Positions 48,034 through 58,344 of a stretch of 64,000 bases of DNA are shown here, in pieces (position 1 is the stretch's first letter; every line of letters begins with the position of its first letter). The stretch comes from Trueperaceae bacterium (GTDB taxonomy: Bacteria > Deinococcota > Deinococci > Deinococcales > Trueperaceae). A model generated the notes under the pieces. That model did not search any database, was not told the DNA's origin, and saw only the letters and a list, made by a program, of their open reading frames with translations. A program made the translations under genes and the position numbers. Location of the stretch: contig OZ243927.1 of NCBI GenBank assembly GCA_965213925.1, forward strand, positions 4,192,001-4,256,000, written 5' to 3'.

Positions 48034-49050
48034 ATGAAACCGATAGCGTTAGATGCGATGGGCGGGGACGCGATGCCGGAGGCGGCTGTGGAGGGAGCTT
48101 TGCAGGCGCAAGAGGCGGGCATCCCCATCGTTTTGGTAGGCAATGAAAATAAACTTCAAGAAACGATAGGTGGGCGCGGCGAGTTGCAGGTTCACCACGC
48201 GGGCGACGTGATGACGATGAACGACGCGGCGTCGGACGTGCGCAGGAGAAGAGACTCGAGCATCATGAAAGCCATGTCTTTAGTGAAAGAGGGCGGCGCG
48301 TCGGCGTGCGTCTCGATGGGGCATTCCGGCGCAACGATGGCGGCGGCGCTGCTCGTGTTGGGGCGTCTCAAAGGCGTGGAGCGTCCGGCGATTCTCGCGA
48401 ATATTCCGGCGGGAAATGGTTTTACGGCGCTCGTAGACGCGGGCGCGAACGCGGACTGCCGACCTGCACATCTTCAACAGTTCGCGGTGATGGGCTCGGT
48501 TTATGCCCGCGCTTTCTACAGCAAAGCGGAGCCGAGCGTGGGGCTCATGTCCATCGGGGAAGAGGAGGAGAAGGGCAACGAACTCACCCGCGCGGCGCAC
48601 GGACTCCTCAAAGAAACCCCCAACATCGCCTTTTACGGCAACGTCGAAGGGCGCGACCTCTTGAAAGGTACAACCGATGTCGTTGTGACAGACGGCTTTA
48701 CGGGCAACGTCATGCTCAAGCTGGCAGAAGGCGAAGCGAAGGCGATTTTCGGCTGGCTGCGCGAGGGGCTCGCGGGCGGCAACCTCTTCACGAAGCTCGG
48801 CGCGGCGCTCGTCAAGCCTGCGCTTAAAGGCGTGGCGGCGCGGCTCGACCCCTCGGAGTACGGCGCGCAACCGCTTCTGGGCATCAGCGGTCACGCTTTC
48901 ATCGGTCACGGCTCTGCCGACGCGAGAGCGGTGCTGAACGCGCTCCACACGGCGCGGCGAGCGGTGGACGCGCAGCTCGCCGAGAGGATTGCTACAGGGC
49001 TAGAGGTATTGAGCGCATCTAAACGTGAAGTTGCGCACTCGGAAGAATAA
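48034..49050 (+). CDS. plsX: phosphate acyltransferase PlsX
   Basis: IALDAMGGD, RPAI, DAGAN, GNVEGRD, DGFTGNV. Confidence 0.96.
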   Translation: MKPIALDAMGGDAMPEAAVEGALQAQEAGIPIVLVGNENKLQETIGGRGELQVHHAGDVMTMNDAASDVRRRRDSSIMKAMSLVKEGGASACVSMGHSGATMAAALLVLGRLKGVERPAILANIPAGNGFTALVDAGANADCRPAHLQQFAVMGSVYARAFYSKAEPSVGLMSIGEEEEKGNELTRAAHGLLKETPNIAFYGNVEGRDLLKGTTDVVVTDGFTGNVMLKLAEGEAKAIFGWLREGLAGGNLFTKLGAALVKPALKGVAARLDPSEYGAQPLLGISGHAFIGHGSADARAVLNALHTARRAVDAQLAERIATGLEVLSASKREVAHSEE

Positions 49051-49171
49051 GTGAGGGAAAAGATAGCCCTTTCACAGTGACTCCTCAAAGGCGCATTATA
49101 CGCTTAACGGGCGAGGGGTAGGGATATGTAGCTATAGCGGTTATCATAATCGCTGAGGTTGAGGTGAAGGC

Positions 49172-50608
49172 ATGTCAGTAACACCGTCCACAACACCAGA
49201 GGCGACGACGCCAGATGCGGCGCCAGATGCAGGCTCAGGTGCGGCCAGCTCGGATGCGGCTGGGTCTAGCACGACGGGGACCGACTCAACGGGCTTAGGC
49301 TTGCCGGGATTCGGCGGCGAGTCAGCGCCGGAGACAGACCCTACGTCAACCTGGTTCAGCGATCCCACGTGGTTCGACGAGATTGAAGACACCACCTGGC
49401 TCACCGAGTTAGGGGCGACGATAAGCAGCGACCCGCTCGCCTTCACCCTACAGGTTTTAGCGGACGCCGGTATCGCTCTGGTGCTCTTCTTGATGCTCTG
49501 GTTTATCGTCTCACGCTGGAGCCGCTCGTCGCTGCGCACCATAGAGCAGCGCGAGCTGTGGGACGAGGGCCGCAAGGAAGCTGAGCGCCTCCGCACGGTG
49601 CTGTTAAGGCGCTACCTCGCAACGGCGTCAGCAGGACTCGGCACCGCGCTCTTTTTGGGTCTCTTCGCCTTTCGCTACAACGTGCCCATCTTGCGCGGTA
49701 TGGCGGTCGCCGTGCGCGACTGGCTGGCGGGCGGCGGCATCGGGCGCGTGCTCAGCATCGTCGTCGTCGGGCTTATCATCTGGACGCTGCTGCGCGTGGT
49801 GCGCAAAGCGGCGCGGGCGCTCACGCCCACCGAAGGGCAACGCTTCGAGCGGCAGGTGGCGCGGGCGGCCACGATCCGCAGCGTCGTCGAGTCGGCGGCG
49901 CGCATCGTCCTCGTTACGCTCTTTATCCTCTTCGTGTTAGGTCAGCTCGGCACGAACATCACTGCGCTTTTAGCGGGTGTGAGTATCCTCGGCTTAGCCG
50001 TCTCGTTCGGCGCGCAGTCGCTCGTCAAGGACGTCATCACGGGTTTTTTCATTCTCGTCGAAGACCAGTTCGGCGTGGGCGACGTGGTCACGATCGCGGG
50101 GCTCACGGGGCTCGTCGAGCAGATCAACTTGCGCATCACCACCTTGCGCGACCTAGAGGGGCGCGTCCACGTCATCCCGAACGGTCAAGTCGATAAAGTC
50201 ACCGTGATGAGTAAGGAGTGGTCACGCAGCGTCATCGACCTCGAAGTGGCCTACCGCACCGACCTCGACCACGCGCTCAAGGTCATCGGCGAAGAAGCCG
50301 AAGACTTCGCCGACGCGCTCGGCTGGAGCTGGCGCGTGATGGGTTCGCCCGAAGTGCTAGGCGTCGAGCGCTTCGGCGCGTCGGGCATCGCGATTCGCAT
50401 CCTCTTCAAGACGCTGCCCAAAGAGCAGTGGGGCGTGGGGCGCGAGTTCCGCAAGCGCATCAAAGCCCGCTTTGACCGCGAGGGCATCGAGATTCCCTTT
50501 CCGCATACGACGCTCTATTGGGGCGAGGAGCAGATGCCTAAGATACAGGGGGATAGCCGGGCTTCGGGTACGCCGCAGTTGGGGCGGGAAAGCGTGAGTA
50601 CGGACTAA
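49172..50608 (+). CDS. MscS family mechanosensitive channel
   Basis: GLAVSFGAQSLVKDVITGFFIL.EDQFGVGD, IEIPFP. Confidence 0.93.
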   Translation: MSVTPSTTPEATTPDAAPDAGSGAASSDAAGSSTTGTDSTGLGLPGFGGESAPETDPTSTWFSDPTWFDEIEDTTWLTELGATISSDPLAFTLQVLADAGIALVLFLMLWFIVSRWSRSSLRTIEQRELWDEGRKEAERLRTVLLRRYLATASAGLGTALFLGLFAFRYNVPILRGMAVAVRDWLAGGGIGRVLSIVVVGLIIWTLLRVVRKAARALTPTEGQRFERQVARAATIRSVVESAARIVLVTLFILFVLGQLGTNITALLAGVSILGLAVSFGAQSLVKDVITGFFILVEDQFGVGDVVTIAGLTGLVEQINLRITTLRDLEGRVHVIPNGQVDKVTVMSKEWSRSVIDLEVAYRTDLDHALKVIGEEAEDFADALGWSWRVMGSPEVLGVERFGASGIAIRILFKTLPKEQWGVGREFRKRIKARFDREGIEIPFPHTTLYWGEEQMPKIQGDSRASGTPQLGRESVSTD

Positions 50609-50628
50609 CTTTCGGCTAAAATGTCAGG

Positions 50629-50817
50629 ATGAAGCCAAAATACGTTTACTGGCAAGACGAGGAGATGTGGCTCGGTTATCTCGAGGACTACCCCGACTAC
50701 TGGACACAAGGCGAGAGCGAAGAGGAACTCAAAGAAAATCTCCTCGACCTCTATCAAGACCTTAGCGGCGGCGAAGTTCCCAATGTTCGCCGCGTCGCTG
50801 AACTCGACATTGCGTGA
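50629..50817 (+). CDS. HicB-like antitoxin
   Basis: YWQDEEMWLGYLEDYPDYWTQGESEEELKENL. Confidence 0.85.
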   Translation: MKPKYVYWQDEEMWLGYLEDYPDYWTQGESEEELKENLLDLYQDLSGGEVPNVRRVAELDIA

Positions 50818-50823
50818 GGCGGC

Positions 50824-51048
50824 GTGACCTCAGACGATACGGATAAGCGGCGCGTCAAAGAGCTACCTCGAGACTTAGATGAGCGCGTGCGCTTCACGTT
50901 AGACCTCTCGCGCAAACAGCACCGATTTTTGAAACGGTTAGCCTTCGAAGAAGAGGTCAATGCGAGCGCGGTGCTGCGGGCGCTGTTGACTAAGCTCGAG
51001 GAGGACGAAGCGCTCGCTGAAGAGGTTAAAGCCAAGCTAAGGACTTAG
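50824..51048 (+). CDS. ribbon-helix-helix (CopG-like) DNA-binding protein
   Basis: VRFTLDL strand followed by two helices (HRFLKRLA, ASAVLRALL). Confidence 0.65.
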   Translation: MTSDDTDKRRVKELPRDLDERVRFTLDLSRKQHRFLKRLAFEEEVNASAVLRALLTKLEEDEALAEEVKAKLRT

Positions 51049-51113
51049 AGTTTTTTCTCTTTAGTTGTTAGGCGCGGTCAGACTTTGTGACTCGAGTTCG
51101 CTTCTCAATTTAC

Positions 51114-51140
51114 CTAAGTATATACTTAGATATGCTATAC
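51114..51140 (+). promoter_or_regulatory. 16-bp perfect palindrome next to an extended -10 box
   Basis: CTAAGTATATACTTAG (51114-51129) then TGCTATACT. Confidence 0.55.
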
Positions 51141-51199
51141 TAAGAGAGGTAGAGGAGAGCAATTCTTGCAAGTCATCAACGCCGAATGAAAGGGGCAAA

Positions 51200-51415
51200 A
51201 TGCCACATATTAACGTAAGAATTGGCGAGCACGACTTGGTTTTCAAATACGAGGAGGGCGCAAACGGATTTGTAGAGATTCAAGACGCTAACTCAGATAC
51301 GTCACTACACGTTCGCGACGAGGACGGAATGCTCATGGCGCTTCATTTCGTAGAAGGCGAGCAAGACCCTACCTCTCAGATTGAGTTGCTAACGGGTGAT
51401 GTTCATATAGATTGA
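51200..51415 (+). CDS. small acidic hypothetical protein
   Basis: AAGGGG RBS then MPHINVRIG...; 71 aa. Confidence 0.55.
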   Translation: MPHINVRIGEHDLVFKYEEGANGFVEIQDANSDTSLHVRDEDGMLMALHFVEGEQDPTSQIELLTGDVHID

Positions 51416-51454
51416 GATAGCTAAAGCCGCACCGCCTTCTAGCTCGAGAACTCT

Positions 51455-52303
51455 TTAATGACCTCGAGCAAGAAGGTCGGCTAGTTGGTTTTTGTCTACG
51501 AACCCGTGTAAATTTTTTAGGGCAAACTGCCGGAAAGTATCGTTTCCCAGCTCCATCTTTCTGGCTATGCTCAGGTCTAAATACTCTTTTTCCTTGTCTA
51601 TGCCGAGGAATCTTCGGTTTAGTAAATTTGCGGCAATACCTGTTGTGCTACTTCCGGTAAACGGGTCTAAAATCCACGCTCCTTGTCTGCTCGAGGCGAG
51701 AGTGAGACGCGCTAGAACCGCTAGTGGTTTTTGCGTCGGATGCTTGCCGCAGCCTTTCTCCCACTTGGCTAGAGCAGGCATCCTCCACACATCTTTCATC
51801 TGCTTTCCGCTGTTCAACTCTTTCATCAAATCGTAGTTGTAGTAGTGCGGTATATCAGCGTGCTTTCTAGCCCAAATAATCTGCTCTGTAGAGTGCGTAA
51901 AGTAACGGCAGGAGAAGTTAGGAGGTGGATTGGTTTTTTCCCAAGTTATGACGTTAAGTATTTTGAAATCAAGCTCTCTTAAAACCCGTCCAACTTCAAA
52001 TATGTTGTGCATCGTTCCGCTGACCCAAAGAGTTGCATCTTCTTTCATCTTTTGGCGGACCAATGAAAGCCAAGTTTTATTGAACTCGTATATCGCTTCG
52101 AGACCTGCTGATTTGTCCCAAGCACCTTTATTTACGCTTACGACTTTTCCATTTTTGACAGTTAAACCGTCGTTGGAAAGAAAATAAGGTGGGTCAGCAA
52201 ATACTAAGTCGAACTTATGGTCGAACCTCTCAAGTAACTCAAAAGAATCTCCATGCAACAGCGTGAAATGTTTGTCCGCCGATTTATAGTAGGCTTCTAT
52301 CAC
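51455..52303 (-). CDS. beta-class amino DNA methyltransferase (DpnA-like)
   Basis: ADPPYFLSNDG, HPTQKPL, LDPFTGSSTTG. Confidence 0.9.
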   Translation of the reverse strand: MIEAYYKSADKHFTLLHGDSFELLERFDHKFDLVFADPPYFLSNDGLTVKNGKVVSVNKGAWDKSAGLEAIYEFNKTWLSLVRQKMKEDATLWVSGTMHNIFEVGRVLRELDFKILNVITWEKTNPPPNFSCRYFTHSTEQIIWARKHADIPHYYNYDLMKELNSGKQMKDVWRMPALAKWEKGCGKHPTQKPLAVLARLTLASSRQGAWILDPFTGSSTTGIAANLLNRRFLGIDKEKEYLDLSIARKMELGNDTFRQFALKNLHGFVDKNQLADLLARGH

Positions 52304-52908
52304 TACAAATCAATGATCGTTTTTAGGAAGGGTACTCGAGCGTAAAAGGCTCTCGTCGTACTTCCGTGCCCTGTCCCCTTCGTTCTAGGTTGTATATACT
52401 TGCCCATTTTCCCGCTTAACTTGTCAAAGCCTTCTTCTGTGATTACTTTTCTGACTAAATCATAGTCTGCTTTCACTTGTGCGTATACTTCAGGATCATC
52501 GAGGTCAAAAGTGTGAATGCCGTAGAGAGTAGAGGTTGGCTCATCTACGCTTTCCCAAATTCTCGAAGCTATGAGTCCCTTTTGCATCTTTGCTAATAAG
52601 TGGCTCTTTTCAAAAGGGGTATTGCGGACATTGTAAGCATCAATTTTCGTAATGGACAATGTTTCCTTGACGGTCAAAGTGCCTGATTTGAGATACTTTA
52701 ACGAAGCAGTTTTCAGCTCCCAGGAGCCAAAATTCGGAGATTGAGCCGAGTTTAGCGGAAGCCCTAAATAACGTTCGATAACATGTCCCGCCCAACCCTT
52801 ATTCTTTTTTCCCTCTTTGAACACAGTGACCTCGTATTTCTCAGCCATTGCTCTCAAATCTCTACCCTTGATCTTGTCAAGCAACACTATTGCTTCTTCC
52901 CGCTCCAC
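52303..52908 (-). CDS. MutH/Sau3AI-like endonuclease, single domain
   Basis: KNKGWAGHVIERYLG, WELKT, KYIQPRTKG, RAFY. Confidence 0.82.
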   Translation of the reverse strand: MEREEAIVLLDKIKGRDLRAMAEKYEVTVFKEGKKNKGWAGHVIERYLGLPLNSAQSPNFGSWELKTASLKYLKSGTLTVKETLSITKIDAYNVRNTPFEKSHLLAKMQKGLIASRIWESVDEPTSTLYGIHTFDLDDPEVYAQVKADYDLVRKVITEEGFDKLSGKMGKYIQPRTKGTGHGSTTRAFYARVPFLKTIIDL

Positions 52909-53831
52909 TAAAACCGCTCTCCAAAATTCGCGATTAGCAGTTCAGATAGTTTCCCTCGACCGGACGCTTTGGAATTGATAGCTCTATTTGCCATAACCCG
53001 TGATACGTTATGATTCGAATACAAGCTATCAAAAAATTCATCTTGGGTCTCTTGAGTTTTCACATCTGAGTTGCTAAGCAGCCATTTGCAGCCTTTTGCG
53101 TCCAAGAGGTCGCAGAATTCTTTCAAGCGCACTTGCTCACTGTCGTTAAAGACTCCATGAGAGTAAGCGTTGAAACTAGAGGTCTTGCTAATAGGTTTAT
53201 ACGGAGGATCAAGATAAACGAAGGTTTCTTCAGTCACATGCTCTAAGACAATTTCATAGTCCCCATGTAGTATCTCTACGTTTTGCAACCGCTCATGAAC
53301 AATAAGCAAGTTGGTTTCGTCGCAAATTGTTGGATTCTTGTAGCTACCTATAGGAACATTGAACATATTTTTTCTATTGACTCTGTAAAGTCCATTGAAG
53401 CAAGTCTTATTGAGGAAAATAAACAACGCTGCTTGCGTAGTGTTATCAGAGGTGCGCGAATTGTATAACTCTCGTTGTGAGTAATAAAATTTGCTTCGTT
53501 CTTTAGGTTTTTCCGAAAGCGTATCGTACAGCTTCTGCCACTTTTTTAGCGGCTCGATAACTGCATCAACATCCTGAGCGATACACCTGTAGGTGTTGAT
53601 TAAGTCGGCGTTTATGTCGTTAATAACAACGTTTCTAACATTTGGGTAGTTGTTGAGTATCCAAAATAAAACTGAACCTCCGCCAACGAACGGTTCAATA
53701 TACGTGAAGCTTGCTTGATGAGAATATGGCATTCTGCGAGCGATAGCGTCTAAAAGTTGCGTCTTCCCGCCTGCCCATTTCAAAAAGGGTTTTGCGTTAG
53801 CAAAAAGATTGAGCATGTTGCAACTTACCAT
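52908..53831 (-). CDS. Dam/DpnM-like DNA adenine methyltransferase
   Basis: [26 protein letters not shown]...FNVP, YLDPPY. Confidence 0.93.
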   Translation of the reverse strand: MVSCNMLNLFANAKPFLKWAGGKTQLLDAIARRMPYSHQASFTYIEPFVGGGSVLFWILNNYPNVRNVVINDINADLINTYRCIAQDVDAVIEPLKKWQKLYDTLSEKPKERSKFYYSQRELYNSRTSDNTTQAALFIFLNKTCFNGLYRVNRKNMFNVPIGSYKNPTICDETNLLIVHERLQNVEILHGDYEIVLEHVTEETFVYLDPPYKPISKTSSFNAYSHGVFNDSEQVRLKEFCDLLDAKGCKWLLSNSDVKTQETQDEFFDSLYSNHNVSRVMANRAINSKASGRGKLSELLIANFGERF

Positions 53832-53959
53832 CTTACGCGGTTAAGACAGCGAGCGGACGTGCGCATACATCAACCTCTCGACTTCCGCGCTATACTTCTC
53901 TATCTCGAGCCCCAAGTCGGCTCTTCTTTTTTACCCTTTCTAATCTTGGAGTAACACCT

Positions 53960-55312
53960 ATGTCTGGAAAAGTCGGTTTCGTAAGTTTGGGCTGCCCCAA
54001 AGCCTTAGTAGACAGCGAGCGCATCCTCACCCAGCTCCGCGCGGAGGGCTACACGGTCTCGCCGACCTATGACGAGGCAGACGTGGTCGTGGTGAACACC
54101 TGCGGCTTCATCACGCCCGCCGTCGAGGAGTCTTTGGGCGCAATCGGCGAAGCGCTAGAGCAAAACGGCAAGGTCATCGTGACGGGTTGCTTGGGTGAGC
54201 GACCTGAAGAGATTATGGAGCGCCACCCGAATGTCTTAGCGGTTACAGGGCAAGCCGATGTCGAGGGCGTCATGAAGAACGTCCACAAGGTCGCGCCGCC
54301 CGACGAGAACCCCTTTACGAGCCTCGTGCCGCCGCAGGGCGTCAAGCTGACGCCGCGTCACTATGCGTATCTTAAAATTGCGGAGGGGTGTAACCACAAG
54401 TGTTCGTTTTGCATCATCCCGCAGATGCGCGGGCTGCAGGTCTCTCGCGATGCGGGCGACGTGCTCTACGAGGCGTACCGGCTGGTCTCGAGCGGCACAA
54501 AGGAACTCATGGTCATCGCGCAAGACTCCTCGGCGTACGGTGTGGACATCCGCTACCGTGGGAGTGAATTTCAAGGGCGACAGGTGAAAGCGCACCTCGT
54601 CCCCTTGGTCAACGAACTCGCGCAGATGGGCGCGTGGCTGCGGCTGCACTACGTCTATCCGTACCCGCACGTGAGGGGGCTCATTCCGCTGATGGCGGAG
54701 GGGAAACTGCTTCCTTACTTAGACGTACCACTTCAACACGCGAGCCCGAAGATTTTACGCGCGATGCGGCGTCCGGGTGGGGCGAAGAGCCACCTGGAGA
54801 CGATTCGCGAGTGGCGGAGCATCTGCCCCGAACTGGCGATTCGCTCGACCTTTATCGTCGGTTTTCCCGGCGAGGCGGAAGAGGACTTTGAGCTTCTTTT
54901 AGACTTTTTGCGAGAGGCGCGGCTCGAGCGCGTCGGCGCGTTCACCTACAGCGAAGTGCCCGGCGCAGCCGCCAACCAGTTCCCCGACCAAGTGCCTGAA
55001 GAGGTCAAGGAAGAGCGTTTGGAGCGGCTTATGGCGTTGCAGCAGGAAATCAGTTTGGAGAAGAACCGGGCGAAAGTGGGGCAAGAGGTCGAGATGATTG
55101 TTGACGACTACGGCGACTTGCCCGGCGACCTCATCGGGCGCACCAAAGCGGACGCGCCTGGCATTGACGGCACCGTAACCGCCACCTCGGACGGCACGGT
55201 TAAAATTGGCGACATTGTCAAGGTTAAAGTGACGGATGCGGATACTTACGACCTCTTCGGTGAGGTCGTCTCGCAAATCGTGTGGCGTCCGAACGTACTC
55301 AGCATGGTATAG
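53960..55312 (+). CDS. rimO: ribosomal protein S12 methylthiotransferase
   Basis: [30 protein letters not shown] domain. Confidence 0.96.
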   Translation: MSGKVGFVSLGCPKALVDSERILTQLRAEGYTVSPTYDEADVVVVNTCGFITPAVEESLGAIGEALEQNGKVIVTGCLGERPEEIMERHPNVLAVTGQADVEGVMKNVHKVAPPDENPFTSLVPPQGVKLTPRHYAYLKIAEGCNHKCSFCIIPQMRGLQVSRDAGDVLYEAYRLVSSGTKELMVIAQDSSAYGVDIRYRGSEFQGRQVKAHLVPLVNELAQMGAWLRLHYVYPYPHVRGLIPLMAEGKLLPYLDVPLQHASPKILRAMRRPGGAKSHLETIREWRSICPELAIRSTFIVGFPGEAEEDFELLLDFLREARLERVGAFTYSEVPGAAANQFPDQVPEEVKEERLERLMALQQEISLEKNRAKVGQEVEMIVDDYGDLPGDLIGRTKADAPGIDGTVTATSDGTVKIGDIVKVKVTDADTYDLFGEVVSQIVWRPNVLSMV

Positions 55313-55359
55313 GCTTTGCGGAAGTTATCCGGTTGCTTTAAGCGAGAAGATGAGTTGAA

Positions 55360-55465
55360 AGCAACGAGCAATGAGTGAAACCCTTTAGACTCACTGCTCA
55401 CCGTACCGTTTGCTTCGCAAGATTACATAACCAGCTCGACTGGATTGCTCGGAACTCATTGCTAT
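55360..55465. repeat. heptamer-based palindromic repeat, copy 1
   Basis: 34 bp (55360-55393) identical to 56663-56696. Confidence 0.8.
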
Positions 55466-55467
55466 CC

Positions 55468-56598
55468 CTAAAATCCCCGTCGGTTCAACAGGCGCTCCGG
55501 CTCCTTCTCGCTGCTCGTCTGCACGTCCCCCTTTTTCTGCGTCAGCATCAAACGGAATTCGTGCGAACTGGTCGCCATCGCGAGGGCGTCCTCCATGCTG
55601 ATCTGCCGCTCTAAGTAGAGGTCAACGAGGTGCTGGTCAAAGGTCTGCATCCCGCGGATGTTGTCGCTCAGCATCGCCTCTTTGATGAGGTGCGTTTTCG
55701 TCTCGTCTTTGATGTAGTCGCGAATTAAGGGCGTGTTGACGAGTATTTCTAGTGCGAGTACACGCCCGGTGCTGTCCGCCCGAGGCAGGAGCCGCTGGCT
55801 CATGATGCCTAGGAGCGACTCCGCCAACATGATGCGAATCTGGTCACGCTCGTGCGGCGGGAAAAAGTCGATGATGCGGTTGACGCTGCGCACGGCGTCC
55901 AAGGTGTGGAGCGTGCTGAAAACGAGGTGCCCCGTTTGTGCCGCTGAAATCGCCGCCTCGACGGTCTCCTTGTCGCGCATCTCGCCGATCATAATGACAT
56001 CCGGGTCTTGGCGCATGGCGTATTTGAGTGCGTGAACGAAGTTGTCGGTGTCGAGCCCGACCTCGCGCTGGATGACGAGTGAGCGCTGGTTATGGTGCAA
56101 GATTTCGATGGGGTCCTCGATGGTGATGATATTGCGCGGGTAGCGGCGGTTGATGAAGTCGACCATCGTGGCGAGCGTCGTGGACTTACCGGAGCCCGTC
56201 GGTCCGGTGACGAGAACTAAGCCGCGGGTTTGACTCGAGAACTCCGTCAGCGTCGGCACAGGTAGCCCGAGCGTCTCGAAACTCGGCACGGTGTCACCCA
56301 CGACGCGCATGACAATCCCCACCGAAGAGCGCTGCATAAAGGCGTTGCAGCGGAAGCGGGCGACTTGCGGGATGGAAAAGGCGAAATCTAACTCGTGATG
56401 ATGCTTGAAAAGCTCGCGTTGCGGCTCGCTCATCATCGCTAGAGCAATCTGTTCGGTCTGTTGCGGCGTGAGAGGCGGGATGCCCTCTAAAGTCTGCAAG
56501 CTTCCGTCCACGCGCATGTGCGGTGGCGCACCCGCTTGCAGGTGAATATCCGAGGCGCGTTGCGCCACCATCGTGTTGAGCATATCGGCAATTTTCAT
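55468..56598 (-). CDS. pilT: type IV pilus twitching-motility ATPase (PilT/PilU family)
   Basis: ASDIHL, GPTGSGKSTT, TIEDPIE, DPDVIMIGEMRD, GMQTFDQ. Confidence 0.92.
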   Translation of the reverse strand: MKIADMLNTMVAQRASDIHLQAGAPPHMRVDGSLQTLEGIPPLTPQQTEQIALAMMSEPQRELFKHHHELDFAFSIPQVARFRCNAFMQRSSVGIVMRVVGDTVPSFETLGLPVPTLTEFSSQTRGLVLVTGPTGSGKSTTLATMVDFINRRYPRNIITIEDPIEILHHNQRSLVIQREVGLDTDNFVHALKYAMRQDPDVIMIGEMRDKETVEAAISAAQTGHLVFSTLHTLDAVRSVNRIIDFFPPHERDQIRIMLAESLLGIMSQRLLPRADSTGRVLALEILVNTPLIRDYIKDETKTHLIKEAMLSDNIRGMQTFDQHLVDLYLERQISMEDALAMATSSHEFRLMLTQKKGDVQTSSEKEPERLLNRRGF

Positions 56599-56655
56599 CC
56601 CCTTTAGTTTGACGGAGCCGCGCCTCTTGGCGTGTGAAATCTGTCGCCTTTTAGG

Positions 56656-56755
56656 AGCAATGAGCAACGAGCAATGAGTGAAACCCTTTAGACTCATTGC
56701 TCGTTGCTCATTGCTTTCGACTTTCCTTTCCTCGTTGCTCTTGATTCATTACTGT
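56656..56755. repeat. heptamer-based palindromic repeat, copy 2
   Basis: (AGCAAYG)n-gtgaaaccctttagact-(CRTTGCT)n. Confidence 0.8.
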
Positions 56756-56992
56756 CTTTTACCCATCCATCTTTTTGCAGACTGTGTTACAATTCTCTAT
56801 GGAACGAAAACCATCTTCATTGCGGATGCTGGAGGCGCTGTTCGAGTGTGAGCAACCCCCTGTGGAGAGCCTTGCCAAGAGGTCACAAGAGAAAGCTCAA
56901 CACGTTGCGCGACACTCGAGGTGGAACACGAAGGGTCGCTCGCCCGAAGTGTCCACGCGGGACGCGCAAGACGTCGCACAGTAAGAGAGGGG

Positions 56993-57736
56993 TCAGTGCG
57001 CTAAGCCGATGAGATGCGGCGCGGCGGCGCTGTAGCGGCTCTTGTCAAAGTCGCCGTACACTTGAAGCTGCGCGAAGCCCGCTCCATAGAGCATCCTCTC
57101 TAACTCAAAGCGTGTAAAGTAGCGCTGCGTAAGCGTGCTTTTCGTGCGCGTTAAGATGCCTTGCTCATCCGTCTGGTCGAGATAGTAGTGCGATGTGATC
57201 ATCTGCGCGTCCGGGTCGTGGTGCTGCACTAAGAAGAGGTCGCCCTTGTCGCTCACATGAGACCATTCGGGCTCGAGCCTCATCACTCCGAAGTCTCCAA
57301 AGTTTTTCTCATTCGGATTGTAGAGGTCAAACGCAAAGCGTCCGCCGAGTTCTAAATGCGCCCTCACCGTTCGCAAAGTCGCATCTTGGTCCGCGAGCGT
57401 ATAAGCGTGCATCAGCGTATTAAAAGGTGCGATGACGAGCGGGAAGCGCTGCTCTAACCTGACCTCGCGCATGTCACCTTGACGGTACGTCACGTTTTCT
57501 TGAAGCCTCGCCTCTACAAGCCGCGCCTGACCTCTTCCGATCATCTCGCCCGAAAGCTCTACCGCCACAACCTTATGCCCTGCTCTCGCCAGCGCCGCGC
57601 TCACCCTCGCGCTGCCCGCGCCGAGTTCTAAAACAGGGCTGCCGTAGTCATCCGCTAAACGAGTGTAAAACGAGAGGTCATCGCGGTAGTGGGCGTACTG
57701 CAGGTCGTAAAGCTCAGCTAAGGGGTCGTAATTCAC
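56993..57736 (-). CDS. class I SAM-dependent methyltransferase
   Basis: VLELGAGSAR, GDMR, HLELGGRFAFD. Confidence 0.9.
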   Translation of the reverse strand: MNYDPLAELYDLQYAHYRDDLSFYTRLADDYGSPVLELGAGSARVSAALARAGHKVVAVELSGEMIGRGQARLVEARLQENVTYRQGDMREVRLEQRFPLVIAPFNTLMHAYTLADQDATLRTVRAHLELGGRFAFDLYNPNEKNFGDFGVMRLEPEWSHVSDKGDLFLVQHHDPDAQMITSHYYLDQTDEQGILTRTKSTLTQRYFTRFELERMLYGAGFAQLQVYGDFDKSRYSAAAPHLIGLAH

Positions 57737-57751
57737 GCTTTGCCTCGAGCG

Positions 57752-58189
57752 TTACTGTGCAAAGACAAAGGCGAGCTGCGCCTCCGCCGCCACCTCGTCA
57801 CCGACGAGCGCCGCCGCGCTCACCTTGCAGAGCCTGCGCCGAAAGAGGAGAATCTCGCCCGTCAAGCGGAGCTGATCGCCGGGCACGACCTTGCGCTTGA
57901 ACTTCGCGCCGTCGATACCTGCGAAGTAGCCGACTTGTCCCTCCTGCAGCCCGTCACGCACCGCCAAGCCCACCGCCGCCGCCTGCGCGAGCGCCTCGAT
58001 GATCATGACACCGGGCATCACGGGCTCTTGCGGAAAGTGTCCTTGGAAAAAGGCTTCGTTGTGCGAGACGTTTTTAATACATTCGAAGTGGTCGCCCTCT
58101 TGCGAGACGAAGGCGTCCACCATCAGAAAGGGGTAGCGGTGGGGGAGGATGGCGCGGATATCGACTTTTTGCTGTGTTTCGGAAGTCAT
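57752..58189 (-). CDS. fabZ: 3-hydroxyacyl-ACP dehydratase
   Basis: LPHRYPFLMVD, FQGHFP..PVMPGV..IEALAQ. Confidence 0.96.
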   Translation of the reverse strand: MTSETQQKVDIRAILPHRYPFLMVDAFVSQEGDHFECIKNVSHNEAFFQGHFPQEPVMPGVMIIEALAQAAAVGLAVRDGLQEGQVGYFAGIDGAKFKRKVVPGDQLRLTGEILLFRRRLCKVSAAALVGDEVAAEAQLAFVFAQ

Positions 58190-58344
58190 AGGCGTAGTTT
58201 ACCTTTAGAACTTGTGGAAAGGCTTAACGGCTTTAAGGTGACCTTGTCAACTTTGTTACATTCGATTATACTCACCTCACCACTGGTCTAATCCTTCGCC
58301 CTAATTCAGTTTGTATACGCAGTTACAAGCTGCTAAGGAGACGT

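Noticed and set aside
56599..56697. N-terminal extension of PilT in the ORF track
   Set aside because: It reads through the heptamer repeat; the family-like start is MKIADML at 56598
56799..56984. 61-aa ORF after a TACAAT box, divergent from pilT
   Set aside because: Plausible leaderless small gene, but no motif or other support; left uncalled
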